Shown here piece after piece: positions 50,019 to 59,764 of a stretch of 64,000 nt of DNA (position 1 is its first letter; every line of letters begins with the position of its first letter). The DNA lies in assembly GCA_963663225.1 (NCBI GenBank), contig OY760142.1:2496001-2560000 (forward strand), in the 5' to 3' direction. The notes beneath the pieces are model-generated. The model saw only the letters and a program-made list of their open reading frames with translations. It was not told the DNA's origin and made no database searches. The translations under genes were made by a program, and so were the position numbers. The stretch comes from Nitrospirota bacterium (GTDB lineage: Bacteria; Nitrospirota; UBA9217).

Positions 50019-51842
50019 ATGTCTGTCCATAAGCAATCTTCCATACGGGGAATATTCCATTCACTCGGCCTGGTGTTTGGCGACATCGGCACCAGCCCGA
50101 TCTATACGCTCACCGTTATTTTTCTTTTGCCGACGATCGTGCGGACTGAGGACAATGTTATCGGCGTTTTGTCGCTTATTATCTGGACCCTTATTTTCCT
50201 TGTTACCATTCAGTATGCCTGGCTCGCCATGAGCCTCGGCAAGCGCGGCGAAGGAGGGACAATTGTGCTCCGTGAAATCCTTGTCCCACTCCTCCAATCC
50301 GGTCACTCTGCCGCTTTTTTTACGCTTCTTTCCTTTATCGGAGTTTCTCTCCTTATTGGCGATGGGGTTATTACGCCGGCCATCAGTATCCTCTCCGCTG
50401 TAGAAGGTATCTTACTGATCAAAGGGTTTGAAGGAATGGGCCAAACGTCCCTCATCGTGATTGCAGGAAGCATTGCAATCCTGCTGTTTGCTTTTCAAAA
50501 AAAAGGAACAGAGCGTATTGCCGGCGCCTTTGGCCCTCTGATGATTCTGTGGTTCCTTACCCTGACGGCGTCCGGGATTGCCTCAATTCTCAGTGTACCT
50601 GCAGTGATGAAAGCAGTAAATCCATACTATGCCCTCAGTTTTTTATTTTCTCACGGCGTCCTCGGATTCCTTGTACTTTCAGAGGTCATCCTTTGCGCCA
50701 CAGGAGGAGAAGCGCTCTATGCGGACATGGGGCATTTGGGTCGCGTTCCCATTGTCAGGGCATGGTATTTTGTTTTTTTTGCGCTTGTATTCAATTATCT
50801 CGGCCAGGGAGCTTATCTTATCGGCCATCCAGAAGCCAAAAATATTCTGTTCGAAATGGTTTTTTATCAGGCGCCGCTGTTCTACATACCCTTTCTGATC
50901 CTGAGCATCATCGCAACGGTTATTGCGTCCCAGGCCATGATCAGCGGGATGTTTTCGATCGTCTATCAGGGGATTACCACGCGCATCATGCCCATATTCA
51001 GAGTTGACTATACGTCCCGCGACCGTCATTCCCAGATATACATCGGCGTGGTGAACTGGTTTTTGCTGCTTGCCGTACTGTACATTATTATGGAGTTCAA
51101 AGAATCCAGCAAACTGGCGTACGCTTATGGCCTTGCAGTTTCGGGCACCATGACATTGACCGGCATCTTTATGGTTTGGATATTCTATCTGAGAAAAAAC
51201 CATTTCCGGTTTGCCGTTTCAATATTTGTGGCCATAATTTCCCTGACATTTTTCTTGTCTAATATGTTAAAAATCCCGCACGGTGGATATTGGTCGCTTA
51301 TTATCGCAGCCATTCCGTTTTTACTCATTATGCTTTACCGGGCAGGACAACGAAAACTCTATGACGCGCTGCGGCCGCTCCCGCTTGACGTTTTTCTGCT
51401 GAGCTATAACCAGATTTACTGGACCATGAGCAAAATCACCGGCACGGCGCTTTTCTTCTCCAAGGACGTCAAAGAAATGCCTCCGTACATCATCCATACG
51501 ATGTTCAAGAACAACATTATTTATGAAGAAAACATCATCGTTTCAATCATAAAGCTGGACGAGCCGTTCGGGATCAGCGCATCATTCAAGGAGGACCTTG
51601 CCCCCGGGCTTCGTTTGTTTGAGATCCATCTGGGGTATATGGAAGTTCCGGACGTGGAGGAAATTCTGCGCCAGCAGGGGATACAGGAAAAGACCATCTT
51701 TTACGGATTGGAAGACATTCTGCCGAGTAAATTCACCTGGGCGGTATTTTCTTTTATCAAACGGGTCACCCCGAATATTGTGCAATTCTATAAACTTCCT
51801 TACAACAAATTACATGGCGTGGTCACGCGCGTAGAATTGTAA
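50019..51842 (+). CDS. kup: KUP/HAK/KT potassium transporter, copy 1
   Basis: FGDIGTSPIY, GEGG, GDGVITPAIS, EALYADMGH. Confidence 0.95.
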   Translation: MSVHKQSSIRGIFHSLGLVFGDIGTSPIYTLTVIFLLPTIVRTEDNVIGVLSLIIWTLIFLVTIQYAWLAMSLGKRGEGGTIVLREILVPLLQSGHSAAFFTLLSFIGVSLLIGDGVITPAISILSAVEGILLIKGFEGMGQTSLIVIAGSIAILLFAFQKKGTERIAGAFGPLMILWFLTLTASGIASILSVPAVMKAVNPYYALSFLFSHGVLGFLVLSEVILCATGGEALYADMGHLGRVPIVRAWYFVFFALVFNYLGQGAYLIGHPEAKNILFEMVFYQAPLFYIPFLILSIIATVIASQAMISGMFSIVYQGITTRIMPIFRVDYTSRDRHSQIYIGVVNWFLLLAVLYIIMEFKESSKLAYAYGLAVSGTMTLTGIFMVWIFYLRKNHFRFAVSIFVAIISLTFFLSNMLKIPHGGYWSLIIAAIPFLLIMLYRAGQRKLYDALRPLPLDVFLLSYNQIYWTMSKITGTALFFSKDVKEMPPYIIHTMFKNNIIYEENIIVSIIKLDEPFGISASFKEDLAPGLRLFEIHLGYMEVPDVEEILRQQGIQEKTIFYGLEDILPSKFTWAVFSFIKRVTPNIVQFYKLPYNKLHGVVTRVEL

Positions 51843-51903
51843 GCAGTGCTTGTTTTTGTCTGAATAATGCAGTGTTCTATTCTGTTTTTTCTAAAGAAAA
51901 GTG

Positions 51904-51932
51904 TTGCCCATAAACGAATAATTTACTACAAT
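51904..51932 (+). promoter_or_regulatory. Putative separate promoter of kup copy 2
   Basis: TTGCCC-17 nt-TACAAT. Confidence 0.45.
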
Positions 51933-51957
51933 TCTCACAGAAAGAATCTTTATCATT

Positions 51958-53781
51958 ATGTCCGACCGCAAGGTATCCTCCATACGAAGCGTAGTCCATT
52001 CACTCGGCCTGGTGTTTGGCGACATCGGCACCAGCCCGATCTATACGCTTACGGTCATATTTCTTCTGCCGACGATCGTGCGGACAGAGGACAATGTCGT
52101 CGGTGTCTTGTCCCTGATATTTTGGACGCTTGTTCTTCTGGTGACGGTGAAATACGCCTGGCTTGCCATGAGCCTCGGCAAACGTGGAGAAGGGGGCATC
52201 GTCGTTCTTACCGAACTGCTCCGGCCCTTGCTTAAATCAGGCCGGAAAGTCACGTTTGTTCTGCTCCTTTCCTTTGTCGGAATTTCGCTGTTTGTCGGCG
52301 ACGGCGTCATCACGCCGGCCATCAGTATCCTCTCCGCGGTGGAAGGTATGCTGCTGATCAAGGGTTTCGAGGGACTGGGGCAGACCTATCTTATTATTAT
52401 TGCCGGCAGCATTGCCATCCTGCTCTTTTCATTCCAGAAGAAAGGCAGCGAGCGCGTTGCGGACGCCTTTGGCCCCCTGATGCTGCTGTGGTTTTTTGCC
52501 CTTACCGCCTCCGGCATCGTATCGATTCTGCAGGTGCCTTCCGTGCTCAAGGCGGCGAATCCTTACTACGCTCTGATGTTTCTGCTTCATCACGGAATCA
52601 TCGGATTTTTCGTGCTTTCAGAAGTCATTCTTTGCGTCACCGGTGGAGAAGCTCTGTACGCTGATATGGGGCATCTGGGCCGCGTTCCCATTCTGCGTGC
52701 ATGGCATTTTGTTTTTCTCGCCTTGGTGCTGAACTACTTCGGCCAGGGGGCTTATCTTATCGGTCATCCGGAAGCAAAAAATATTCTGTTCGAAATGGTT
52801 TTCTATCAGGCACCGTTGTTCTACATACCCTTTTTGATCCTGAGCATCATCGCAACGGTCATTGCGTCCCAGGCCATGATCAGCGGGATGTTTTCGATCG
52901 TCTATCAGGGGATCGCAACGCGGATCATTCCGATGTTTAAAGTGGATTACACGTCCCAGGAACGGCATTCTCAGATTTATATCGGGACGGTGAACTGGTT
53001 TCTTCTGCTGGCAGTGCTTTTTGTGATGATTCAGTTCCAGCAGTCGAGCAATCTGGCCGTTGCCTACGGACTTGCCGTTACCGGGACCATGACGATCACC
53101 GGGATTTTTATGACCTGGATTTTTTTCCGTCGCCGCAACCTGATAAAAGGGGCGCTGTCTGCGCTGGTCACCCTGATAGCCGCGGTTTATCTTCTTTCAA
53201 CCACAACCAAGATTCCTCACGGCGGCTACTGGTCACTCATTATCGCCGCCATCCCATTTTCACTCATCATGCTTTACCGTGCAGGACAACGAAAACTTTA
53301 TGATGCGCTTCAGCCTCTTCCCATTGACGTTTTTCTGCTGAGCTACAACCAGATTTACTGGACCATGAACAAAATCACCGGCACGGCGCTTTTCTTTTCC
53401 AAGGACGTCAAAGAAATGCCTCCGTACATCATCCATACGATGTTCAAGAACAACATTATTTACGAAGAGAATATTATTGTATCGATTATAAGACAGGATG
53501 AACCGTTTGGGATCCGGGCATTTTTCATGGAGGACCTTGCGCCAGGGCTCCGTTCATTTGAGATCCATCTGGGGTATATGGAAGTTCCGGACGTGGAGGA
53601 AATTCTGCGCCAGCAGGGGATACAGGAAAAGACCATCTTTTACGGCGTGGAGGACATACTGCCGAGTAAGTTCATCTGGGCGGTGTTCTCAGTCATCAAA
53701 CGGCTTACGCCGAACATTGTTCAATTCTACAAACTTCCGTACAACAAGCTACACGGCGTCGTCACCCGTGTCGAACTGTAA
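51958..53781 (+). CDS. kup: KUP/HAK/KT potassium transporter, copy 2
   Basis: Same motifs as copy 1; collinear paralog. Confidence 0.95.
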   Translation: MSDRKVSSIRSVVHSLGLVFGDIGTSPIYTLTVIFLLPTIVRTEDNVVGVLSLIFWTLVLLVTVKYAWLAMSLGKRGEGGIVVLTELLRPLLKSGRKVTFVLLLSFVGISLFVGDGVITPAISILSAVEGMLLIKGFEGLGQTYLIIIAGSIAILLFSFQKKGSERVADAFGPLMLLWFFALTASGIVSILQVPSVLKAANPYYALMFLLHHGIIGFFVLSEVILCVTGGEALYADMGHLGRVPILRAWHFVFLALVLNYFGQGAYLIGHPEAKNILFEMVFYQAPLFYIPFLILSIIATVIASQAMISGMFSIVYQGIATRIIPMFKVDYTSQERHSQIYIGTVNWFLLLAVLFVMIQFQQSSNLAVAYGLAVTGTMTITGIFMTWIFFRRRNLIKGALSALVTLIAAVYLLSTTTKIPHGGYWSLIIAAIPFSLIMLYRAGQRKLYDALQPLPIDVFLLSYNQIYWTMNKITGTALFFSKDVKEMPPYIIHTMFKNNIIYEENIIVSIIRQDEPFGIRAFFMEDLAPGLRSFEIHLGYMEVPDVEEILRQQGIQEKTIFYGVEDILPSKFIWAVFSVIKRLTPNIVQFYKLPYNKLHGVVTRVEL

Positions 53782-53830
53782 CGATCTGCACCCACCCGGA
53801 TGGTTTTGGATGACCGGCGTGCTATACGTG

Positions 53831-54931
53831 CTAGAGCGGTAATTTTTTTGTTTCTTCAACTACCTCATCGGACACGCTGTCGCTCAGCGACTGCAAACGG
53901 TCACCGAATCTTTCCAGACGCCTGTCCGCTTCTTCATACTTTGTCTTCATATTGGTCAAATGCTTGCCCACCAGTTCGAAATCAGCTTTAAACCGGTCGA
54001 AATCACCGGCAAGTCTTGCCAGATTGTTCAGAATTTGCTGGGCTTGCTTCTCCACATGCATTCCCTTGAGTCCGAGGAGTATGGTCTGGAGGTAGGCATA
54101 AAAACTGTTTGGAGAGACCGGGATTACGCGCTTTGTAAAAGAGTAGTTTAAAAGCCCTTTTTCCGTGTCCAGGGATTCATCTTTGATGATGAGTTCGTAG
54201 TACACATTTTCGGCCGGGATATACATAAGCGCAAAATCGAATGTGCCTTCATCCGGCAGAATGTACTTGGCGGCGATGGCATCAATGTGCTTTTTGACAT
54301 CTGCGATGAATTTCCGCCTTGCTGTTTTTCGTTCATCCTCGGTTGTTGTTTCAAGGACACGCCTGAAGTTCTCAAGGGGAAACTTGGCATCCACCGGGAC
54401 GATATTATGGCCGAGCTTTATGACTGCATCAACGGTTTCGCCGCTCTTAAAGCGGTATTGAAGATCAAAGTAGGAGGGTGGGAAAATTTGGGACAAGAGG
54501 TCGCCGAGAAAAAGCTCTCCGAGTCCGCCGCGCAGTTTCGGTGAGCGGAGAATTTCCTGCAGGCTGGCGATGTCTTTGCCGACTTCAAATACCTGTTTCG
54601 TTGACTCATTCAGGCTGCCGAGGCCCTTGCTGACCTCTTGTACCACGCGCGCCGCATTGTCCAGTCTTGTGTTCAGGTCGCCGGTTGACTTCTGAAGCTG
54701 CTGGGCTACCTGGTTGAGCTGGCCGTTGACCTGGAGCGTGATCTGGGAAAGCTGGGTGTTCACCGAATCCTGATTTTTGATCATTGCTTCAGAGAGTTGA
54801 CCGCGGAGCGACTGCACTTCCTGTTGCATCAGTGCTATTGCTGGGTCCACGCTTCTCTTCTGGGATTGAATAATCAGCCAGATCAGTATGAACAGGACTG
54901 CTGCAAGAAGTATGAGGATGGCCGTCTGCAT
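53831..54931 (-). CDS. rmuC: DNA recombination protein RmuC
   Basis: N-terminal TM and coiled coil; RGGLGE, VDAKFPLE, DFALMYIPAE. Confidence 0.93.
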   Translation of the reverse strand: MQTAILILLAAVLFILIWLIIQSQKRSVDPAIALMQQEVQSLRGQLSEAMIKNQDSVNTQLSQITLQVNGQLNQVAQQLQKSTGDLNTRLDNAARVVQEVSKGLGSLNESTKQVFEVGKDIASLQEILRSPKLRGGLGELFLGDLLSQIFPPSYFDLQYRFKSGETVDAVIKLGHNIVPVDAKFPLENFRRVLETTTEDERKTARRKFIADVKKHIDAIAAKYILPDEGTFDFALMYIPAENVYYELIIKDESLDTEKGLLNYSFTKRVIPVSPNSFYAYLQTILLGLKGMHVEKQAQQILNNLARLAGDFDRFKADFELVGKHLTNMKTKYEEADRRLERFGDRLQSLSDSVSDEVVEETKKLPL

Positions 54932-54988
54932 ATGCGTATACTCAGGTAATGAAACCCGCGGGGAATCAGAAATCTTTCTATGCCCTCG

Positions 54989-55987
54989 TCAGGGTATTTC
55001 CAGCATTCTGTCCAGCGCCCGTTTTGCGGGAATGCGGATATCTTCGGGCACTTTGATGCTATGCTCCATCTTTTCCATGGCGCGTATTATGCTCGTGAGT
55101 TTCGTCTTTTTCATATTGGAACAGTGCATCTTCTGGGAAGCAACATAGAAGTGTTTGTCTGGGTTGTCTTTTTTCAGACGATGTAGTATTCCTTCTTCGG
55201 TTGCAATAATAAATTCTCTCTGTTGCGATTCTTTGCAAAAGCGCAGCATGCCGGATGTACTGGTGATATGGTCCGCCATGTCCTGGATTTCCGGGGAGCA
55301 TTCGGGATGAACGATGAGAAGAGCATCGGGATGCTCTTCTTTGGCATGTCGTGCGGCTGTAACGTCCAAAAATGCATAGTGCACGTTGCAGAACCCGTCC
55401 CAGGAAATTATTTTTTTGTTCGTCCTTCTGGCGGCATAGGCGGAAAGGTTCCGGTCCGGAATGCAGATGACGGTGTCTTCTTTGAGCGACTCAACGACTT
55501 TTACAACATTCGAAGATGTGCAGCAGACGTCGCTTTCCGCCTTGACTGCTGCCGATGTATTTATGTAAGCGACAACCGGCACGCCTGGGTGCTGCTTCTT
55601 CATGTCCAGAAGGGTGAACTCGTCTGCAAATTCGAAGGCAATGCCGAAAACATCGGTGTACAGTTCGCGAAGCGTCTTGCGCGGCTCTTGTGTGCTGACC
55701 ATGTCCGCCATCGGGCAGCCGGCATTGATTTCCGGCAGTAATACGGTCTTGTCGGGTGAAAGAATAAAGGCGCTTTCCGCCATGAAATGAACGCCGCAAA
55801 ACACAATGACGTCGTAATCCGTTTTTGCCGCAGCACGTGCAAGCTCAAAAGAGTCGCCAGTAATATCCGCAATATCCTGCACTTCGGGACGCTGATAATT
55901 GTGGGCGAGTATTACTGCGTTCAGCTTCTTTTTTAATGAGATTATTTTTTCGCGAAGGTCGTTGATATCCGGATTCTGTGCGGTCAT
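54989..55987 (-). CDS. nadA: Quinolinate synthase
   Basis: LAHNYQ, FCGVHFMAE, AGCPMA, YINTSA, HPEC, CSNMK. Confidence 0.96.
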   Translation of the reverse strand: MTAQNPDINDLREKIISLKKKLNAVILAHNYQRPEVQDIADITGDSFELARAAAKTDYDVIVFCGVHFMAESAFILSPDKTVLLPEINAGCPMADMVSTQEPRKTLRELYTDVFGIAFEFADEFTLLDMKKQHPGVPVVAYINTSAAVKAESDVCCTSSNVVKVVESLKEDTVICIPDRNLSAYAARRTNKKIISWDGFCNVHYAFLDVTAARHAKEEHPDALLIVHPECSPEIQDMADHITSTSGMLRFCKESQQREFIIATEEGILHRLKKDNPDKHFYVASQKMHCSNMKKTKLTSIIRAMEKMEHSIKVPEDIRIPAKRALDRMLEIP

Positions 55988-56128
55988 AGGTGACTGATAA
56001 TACCGATAAGGCCGTTCCATTGTCAAGTCAATTTGTTTCACGCCGCCGCTTTATGCTCGTGCTGGCCTTTCTAAAATGGCGTATCCGATAAAAACTTCCC
56101 TCTGCCGGACTGTTTCGCGATAATACGG

Positions 56129-56157
56129 TTGACTGTCATCGCCGGTTGGATTATGAT
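56129..56157 (+). promoter_or_regulatory. Putative sigma70 promoter of the heptosyltransferase gene
   Basis: TTGACT-17 nt-TATGAT. Confidence 0.55.
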
Positions 56158-56174
56158 TATTGCTGCGTGCTATC

Positions 56175-57197
56175 ATGAAAATTCTTATTGTCAAGCTCTC
56201 CGCGATCGGCGATGTTGTTCAAACGCTGCCTGCACTCGAAGCAATCAAAAAAACCTACCCTGCCAGCAGCATTACCTGGCTTGTCGAAGAGGCCGCCTCG
56301 GGAATCCTTGAAGGCCATCCGCTCATTGATACGCTGCTGATTTCTCGCAGGAAAACCTGGTTGAACATGCTGAAAAATCCTCTTACTTTTTACGGCGGCA
56401 TTGCACGGATCATCCGTTTTATCCGCGAGTTGCGCAGCGTGCATTACGATATTGCCATTGATTTTCAGGGACTTCTGAAAAGCGGGATGCTCATGTTCCT
56501 GGCACGGGCTGAACGAAAAATCGGATTTGACCGCACCCGCGAGCTGTCTTATCTGTTTTTGAATGAACGGCTGCCTGCTTATGATTTGGAAAAGCATGCG
56601 CTTGAGCGGTATCTGGATGTGGCCCGGTATCTGGGGGCGAGGGAACCTTCTACAACGTGTTTATTGCCGATTCAGGAAGAACTGAAAAAAATGAAGCTAA
56701 AAATCGCTTCTTTGAACCCGGAGAACCGGCCTCTCGTAATTATCAACCCTGTCGCTCGCTGGAAAACAAAGCTCTGGCCGCAAAGAAACTTCGCCGAACT
56801 CGCGGACAGGCTGGTGCGGGAAAAGAATGCAATGGTTCTCTTTACCGGCAGCAGGGACGACCGTACGTTCAATGAGAGCATTCTTTCCATGATGAAGGCA
56901 CAGGGACAGAACTGCACAGGAGATACTACATTAAAGGAGCTTGCGGCATTGGCATCTCTTGCAGATTTATTTATTACGACCGATACGGGCCCCATGCATC
57001 TTGCCGCGGCTGCAGGGGCAAAAGTAGTTGCCCTGTTCGGTCCGACGGCACCCTGGAGGACCGGTCCGTATGGTGCAGGGAACATTGTTCTTCGCGCGGG
57101 AGCAGCATGTTCACCATGCTTTAAACGAACGTGCGAGAATGTCCGATGTATGGAGGATATAACCGTGGATGCAGTGATGGGGAAAATATCATTGTAA
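56175..57197 (+). CDS. GT9 LPS heptosyltransferase (WaaC/WaaF-like)
   Basis: KLSAIGDV, DFQGLLKS, DTGPMHLAAA, ALFGPT. Confidence 0.92.
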   Translation: MKILIVKLSAIGDVVQTLPALEAIKKTYPASSITWLVEEAASGILEGHPLIDTLLISRRKTWLNMLKNPLTFYGGIARIIRFIRELRSVHYDIAIDFQGLLKSGMLMFLARAERKIGFDRTRELSYLFLNERLPAYDLEKHALERYLDVARYLGAREPSTTCLLPIQEELKKMKLKIASLNPENRPLVIINPVARWKTKLWPQRNFAELADRLVREKNAMVLFTGSRDDRTFNESILSMMKAQGQNCTGDTTLKELAALASLADLFITTDTGPMHLAAAAGAKVVALFGPTAPWRTGPYGAGNIVLRAGAACSPCFKRTCENVRCMEDITVDAVMGKISL

Positions 57198-57294
57198 CGG
57201 AACAAAACGTTTTTTTGATATGCTGCTTGAAAAAGAGCTTTAAATCAGCTATTCTTTGACAAGCTTTAGAAAAGAAAACCAGACACAGCTTGCC

Positions 57295-58524
57295 ATGAAC
57301 GAGATAAAATCATCCCCGTCCGGATGGCGCAAAGGCCTCTCCCGAAATGTTATTGTCCTCGGATTCGTAAGCCTGCTCAATGACGGCGCTTCTGAAATGA
57401 TCTATCCGCTCCTGCCGATTTTTCTTTCAGTTGTGCTGGGAGCGGGACCCGCGGCCATCGGCGTCATCGAAGGAATTGCAGAAGCCACTGCTTCCCTGAT
57501 CAAGCTTTATTCAGGATATCTTTCCGACCGGATTAAGCGGCGAAAGAGCTGGATTGTTGCTGGCTATGCGATTGCGAACGTTGTTCGCCCCTTGATTGCA
57601 TTTTCAACATCATGGCTGCAAGTCCTTGTGCTTCGGTTCATGGACCGGGTAGGAAAGGGCATCCGCACTTCACCGCGGGACGCGATAATTGCCGACTCCA
57701 CAGACCCCGCCTACCGCGGCGTTGCTTTCAGCTTTCACCGCGCAATGGACCATGGCGGCGCTATTCTCGGTCCGCTCATGGCGACGGGACTGCTTCTCGT
57801 ACTTACCGGTACGAAAGAAGAAAATCTTTCGACCATATTTTTGCTTTCTTTTATTCCCGGGTTATTCGCGGTTTTTTTGCTCATCTTCGGACTTCGGGAA
57901 CATCAGACAGACGGTGTTCATGCAGTTTCTCCGAGTGCGCTGAATTTCAAGTCCGCCTGGGCGGAAATGTCGACGAACTATCGGAAATACCTGCTGATTC
58001 TTTTTGTTTTCACTCTGGGGAATTCTTCCGACGTTTTTCTTTTGCTGCGCGCCCAGCATCTCGGAGTTCCCGTTGCTCTGCTGCCGACGATTTGGGTGGC
58101 GCTCCATATTGTGAAAATGGGTTTCTCAGTTCCGGGAGGCATCATATCCGACCGAATCGGCAGAAAAAAAGTTATAATTGCGGGCTGGATTGTATATGCG
58201 ACGGTGTATATCGGATTTGCCGTTGCGGACGTCCAGTGGCACGCGTGGGTTCTGTTCGCCATATACGGCATCTATTTCGGCTTGACCGAAGGCGTTGAAA
58301 AAGCGCTTGTCGCAGATTTTGCGCCTGCGCATCTGCGGGGATCGGCTTTTGGGCTCTATAATCTTGTTATTGGCGTTGGGGCGCTTCCCGCATCGCTTCT
58401 CTTCGGCGTGGTCTGGCAGAACTGCGGCACAGCGGCGGCTTTTGGCATGGGAGCCGGTTTTGCCGTCCTGGCAAGCGTGATGATCGCCCTGTTAACGGTT
58501 AAAAAACCGGAATCTGCAATCTGA
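57295..58524 (+). CDS. MFS transporter
   Basis: Multiple TM helices; GYLSDRIKRRK, DRVGKGIRTSPRD, SDRIGRK. Confidence 0.92.
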   Translation: MNEIKSSPSGWRKGLSRNVIVLGFVSLLNDGASEMIYPLLPIFLSVVLGAGPAAIGVIEGIAEATASLIKLYSGYLSDRIKRRKSWIVAGYAIANVVRPLIAFSTSWLQVLVLRFMDRVGKGIRTSPRDAIIADSTDPAYRGVAFSFHRAMDHGGAILGPLMATGLLLVLTGTKEENLSTIFLLSFIPGLFAVFLLIFGLREHQTDGVHAVSPSALNFKSAWAEMSTNYRKYLLILFVFTLGNSSDVFLLLRAQHLGVPVALLPTIWVALHIVKMGFSVPGGIISDRIGRKKVIIAGWIVYATVYIGFAVADVQWHAWVLFAIYGIYFGLTEGVEKALVADFAPAHLRGSAFGLYNLVIGVGALPASLLFGVVWQNCGTAAAFGMGAGFAVLASVMIALLTVKKPESAI

Positions 58525-58554
58525 TTCATACAAAATTAATACTGACTATAACCT

Positions 58555-59148
58555 ATGAGTAAATCATTGCATCGCATATGTGTTTACTGCGGATCGAACA
58601 ACGGATCGAAAATTGCGTACCGGAAGGCTGCCGTTCAATTGGCTGCAGCGATGGTGCAAGAGGGTATTACCCTTGTGTACGGCGGCGGGAATGTCGGGCT
58701 TATGGGCATTCTTGCGGATTCGGTGCTTGCAGCCGGAGGTACCGTGGTCGGGGTGATCCCGCAGGCTTTGGTTGACAAGGAGGTTGCGCACAGAGGGGTG
58801 ACCGATCTTCGCATTGTAGGCTCGATGCACGAACGCAAGGCCCTCATGGCGGATCTTTCCGATGCCGTCATAGCGTTGCCGGGAGGATTGGGAACACTCG
58901 AAGAATTCTGCGAGGCTGCCACATGGACGCAATTGGGATTCCACGACAAACCGTGCGGAATTCTGAACATCGAAGGATATTATGACGGCCTGCTTGCCAT
59001 GCTGGACCATGCCGTAAAAGAAAATTTTGTTCGGCCAGAACACCGGCGTATCATTATATCCGAGACTGATCCGGTAACATTGATCAAAAAACTTGCCGAG
59101 TTCAGGCTGCCGAAAATTCAAAAGTGGATCGGCAGAAATGAACAATAG
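58555..59148 (+). CDS. LOG family nucleotide phosphoribohydrolase (TIGR00730-type)
   Basis: VYGGGNVGLMG, MHERK, PGGLGTLEE. Confidence 0.93.
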   Translation: MSKSLHRICVYCGSNNGSKIAYRKAAVQLAAAMVQEGITLVYGGGNVGLMGILADSVLAAGGTVVGVIPQALVDKEVAHRGVTDLRIVGSMHERKALMADLSDAVIALPGGLGTLEEFCEAATWTQLGFHDKPCGILNIEGYYDGLLAMLDHAVKENFVRPEHRRIIISETDPVTLIKKLAEFRLPKIQKWIGRNEQ

Positions 59149-59193
59149 AGCATTGAGAAGGGAAGCTATTCATCATTTTTAAGGGAGGTTCCA

Positions 59194-59739
59194 ATGATTG
59201 ATTTCTTGCGGAAACGACGCAGCATTCGAAAATACACCGGAAAGCGCATCGAGAGCGACTCTGTTGATCTCCTCGTGGAAGCATTGCTTCGGGCTCCATC
59301 ATCACGGAACGTTAAGCCGTGCGAATTTGTGGTGGTCGACGATCAGGAGTTGTTGAAAAAACTGTCGCATGCCAAGGAGCATGGGGCGCATTTTCTGCAA
59401 AATGCGGCCCTGGGGATTGTGGTCTGCGCAGACAGCGAGAAATCAGACGTCTGGATAGAAGATTCTTCCATCGCGTCTATCCTCGTTCAAATGGTCGCGC
59501 AGTCGCTGGGACTGGGAAACTGCTGGGTGCAGATCAGAAATCGAACCCGTATGGCCGGTGAAATGGCGGAACCCTATATTCAAAAATTGCTGGGAATACC
59601 GGAACATCTCAAGATTTTGTCTATTATAAGCATCGGTTATCCCGACGAAATAAAAAAACCGGTTGAAAAGAGCGAGCTTGATTACGGCAAAATCAGGTAC
59701 AACAGGTATTCTGAACAGTATATCTCCCGTGCGAAGTAG
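59194..59739 (+). CDS. Nitroreductase family protein
   Basis: RRSIRKY, APSS, GLGNCW, IGYP. Confidence 0.92.
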   Translation: MIDFLRKRRSIRKYTGKRIESDSVDLLVEALLRAPSSRNVKPCEFVVVDDQELLKKLSHAKEHGAHFLQNAALGIVVCADSEKSDVWIEDSSIASILVQMVAQSLGLGNCWVQIRNRTRMAGEMAEPYIQKLLGIPEHLKILSIISIGYPDEIKKPVEKSELDYGKIRYNRYSEQYISRAK

Positions 59740-59764
59740 TCCGTTTTCTGAAATGAGGTAAAGC

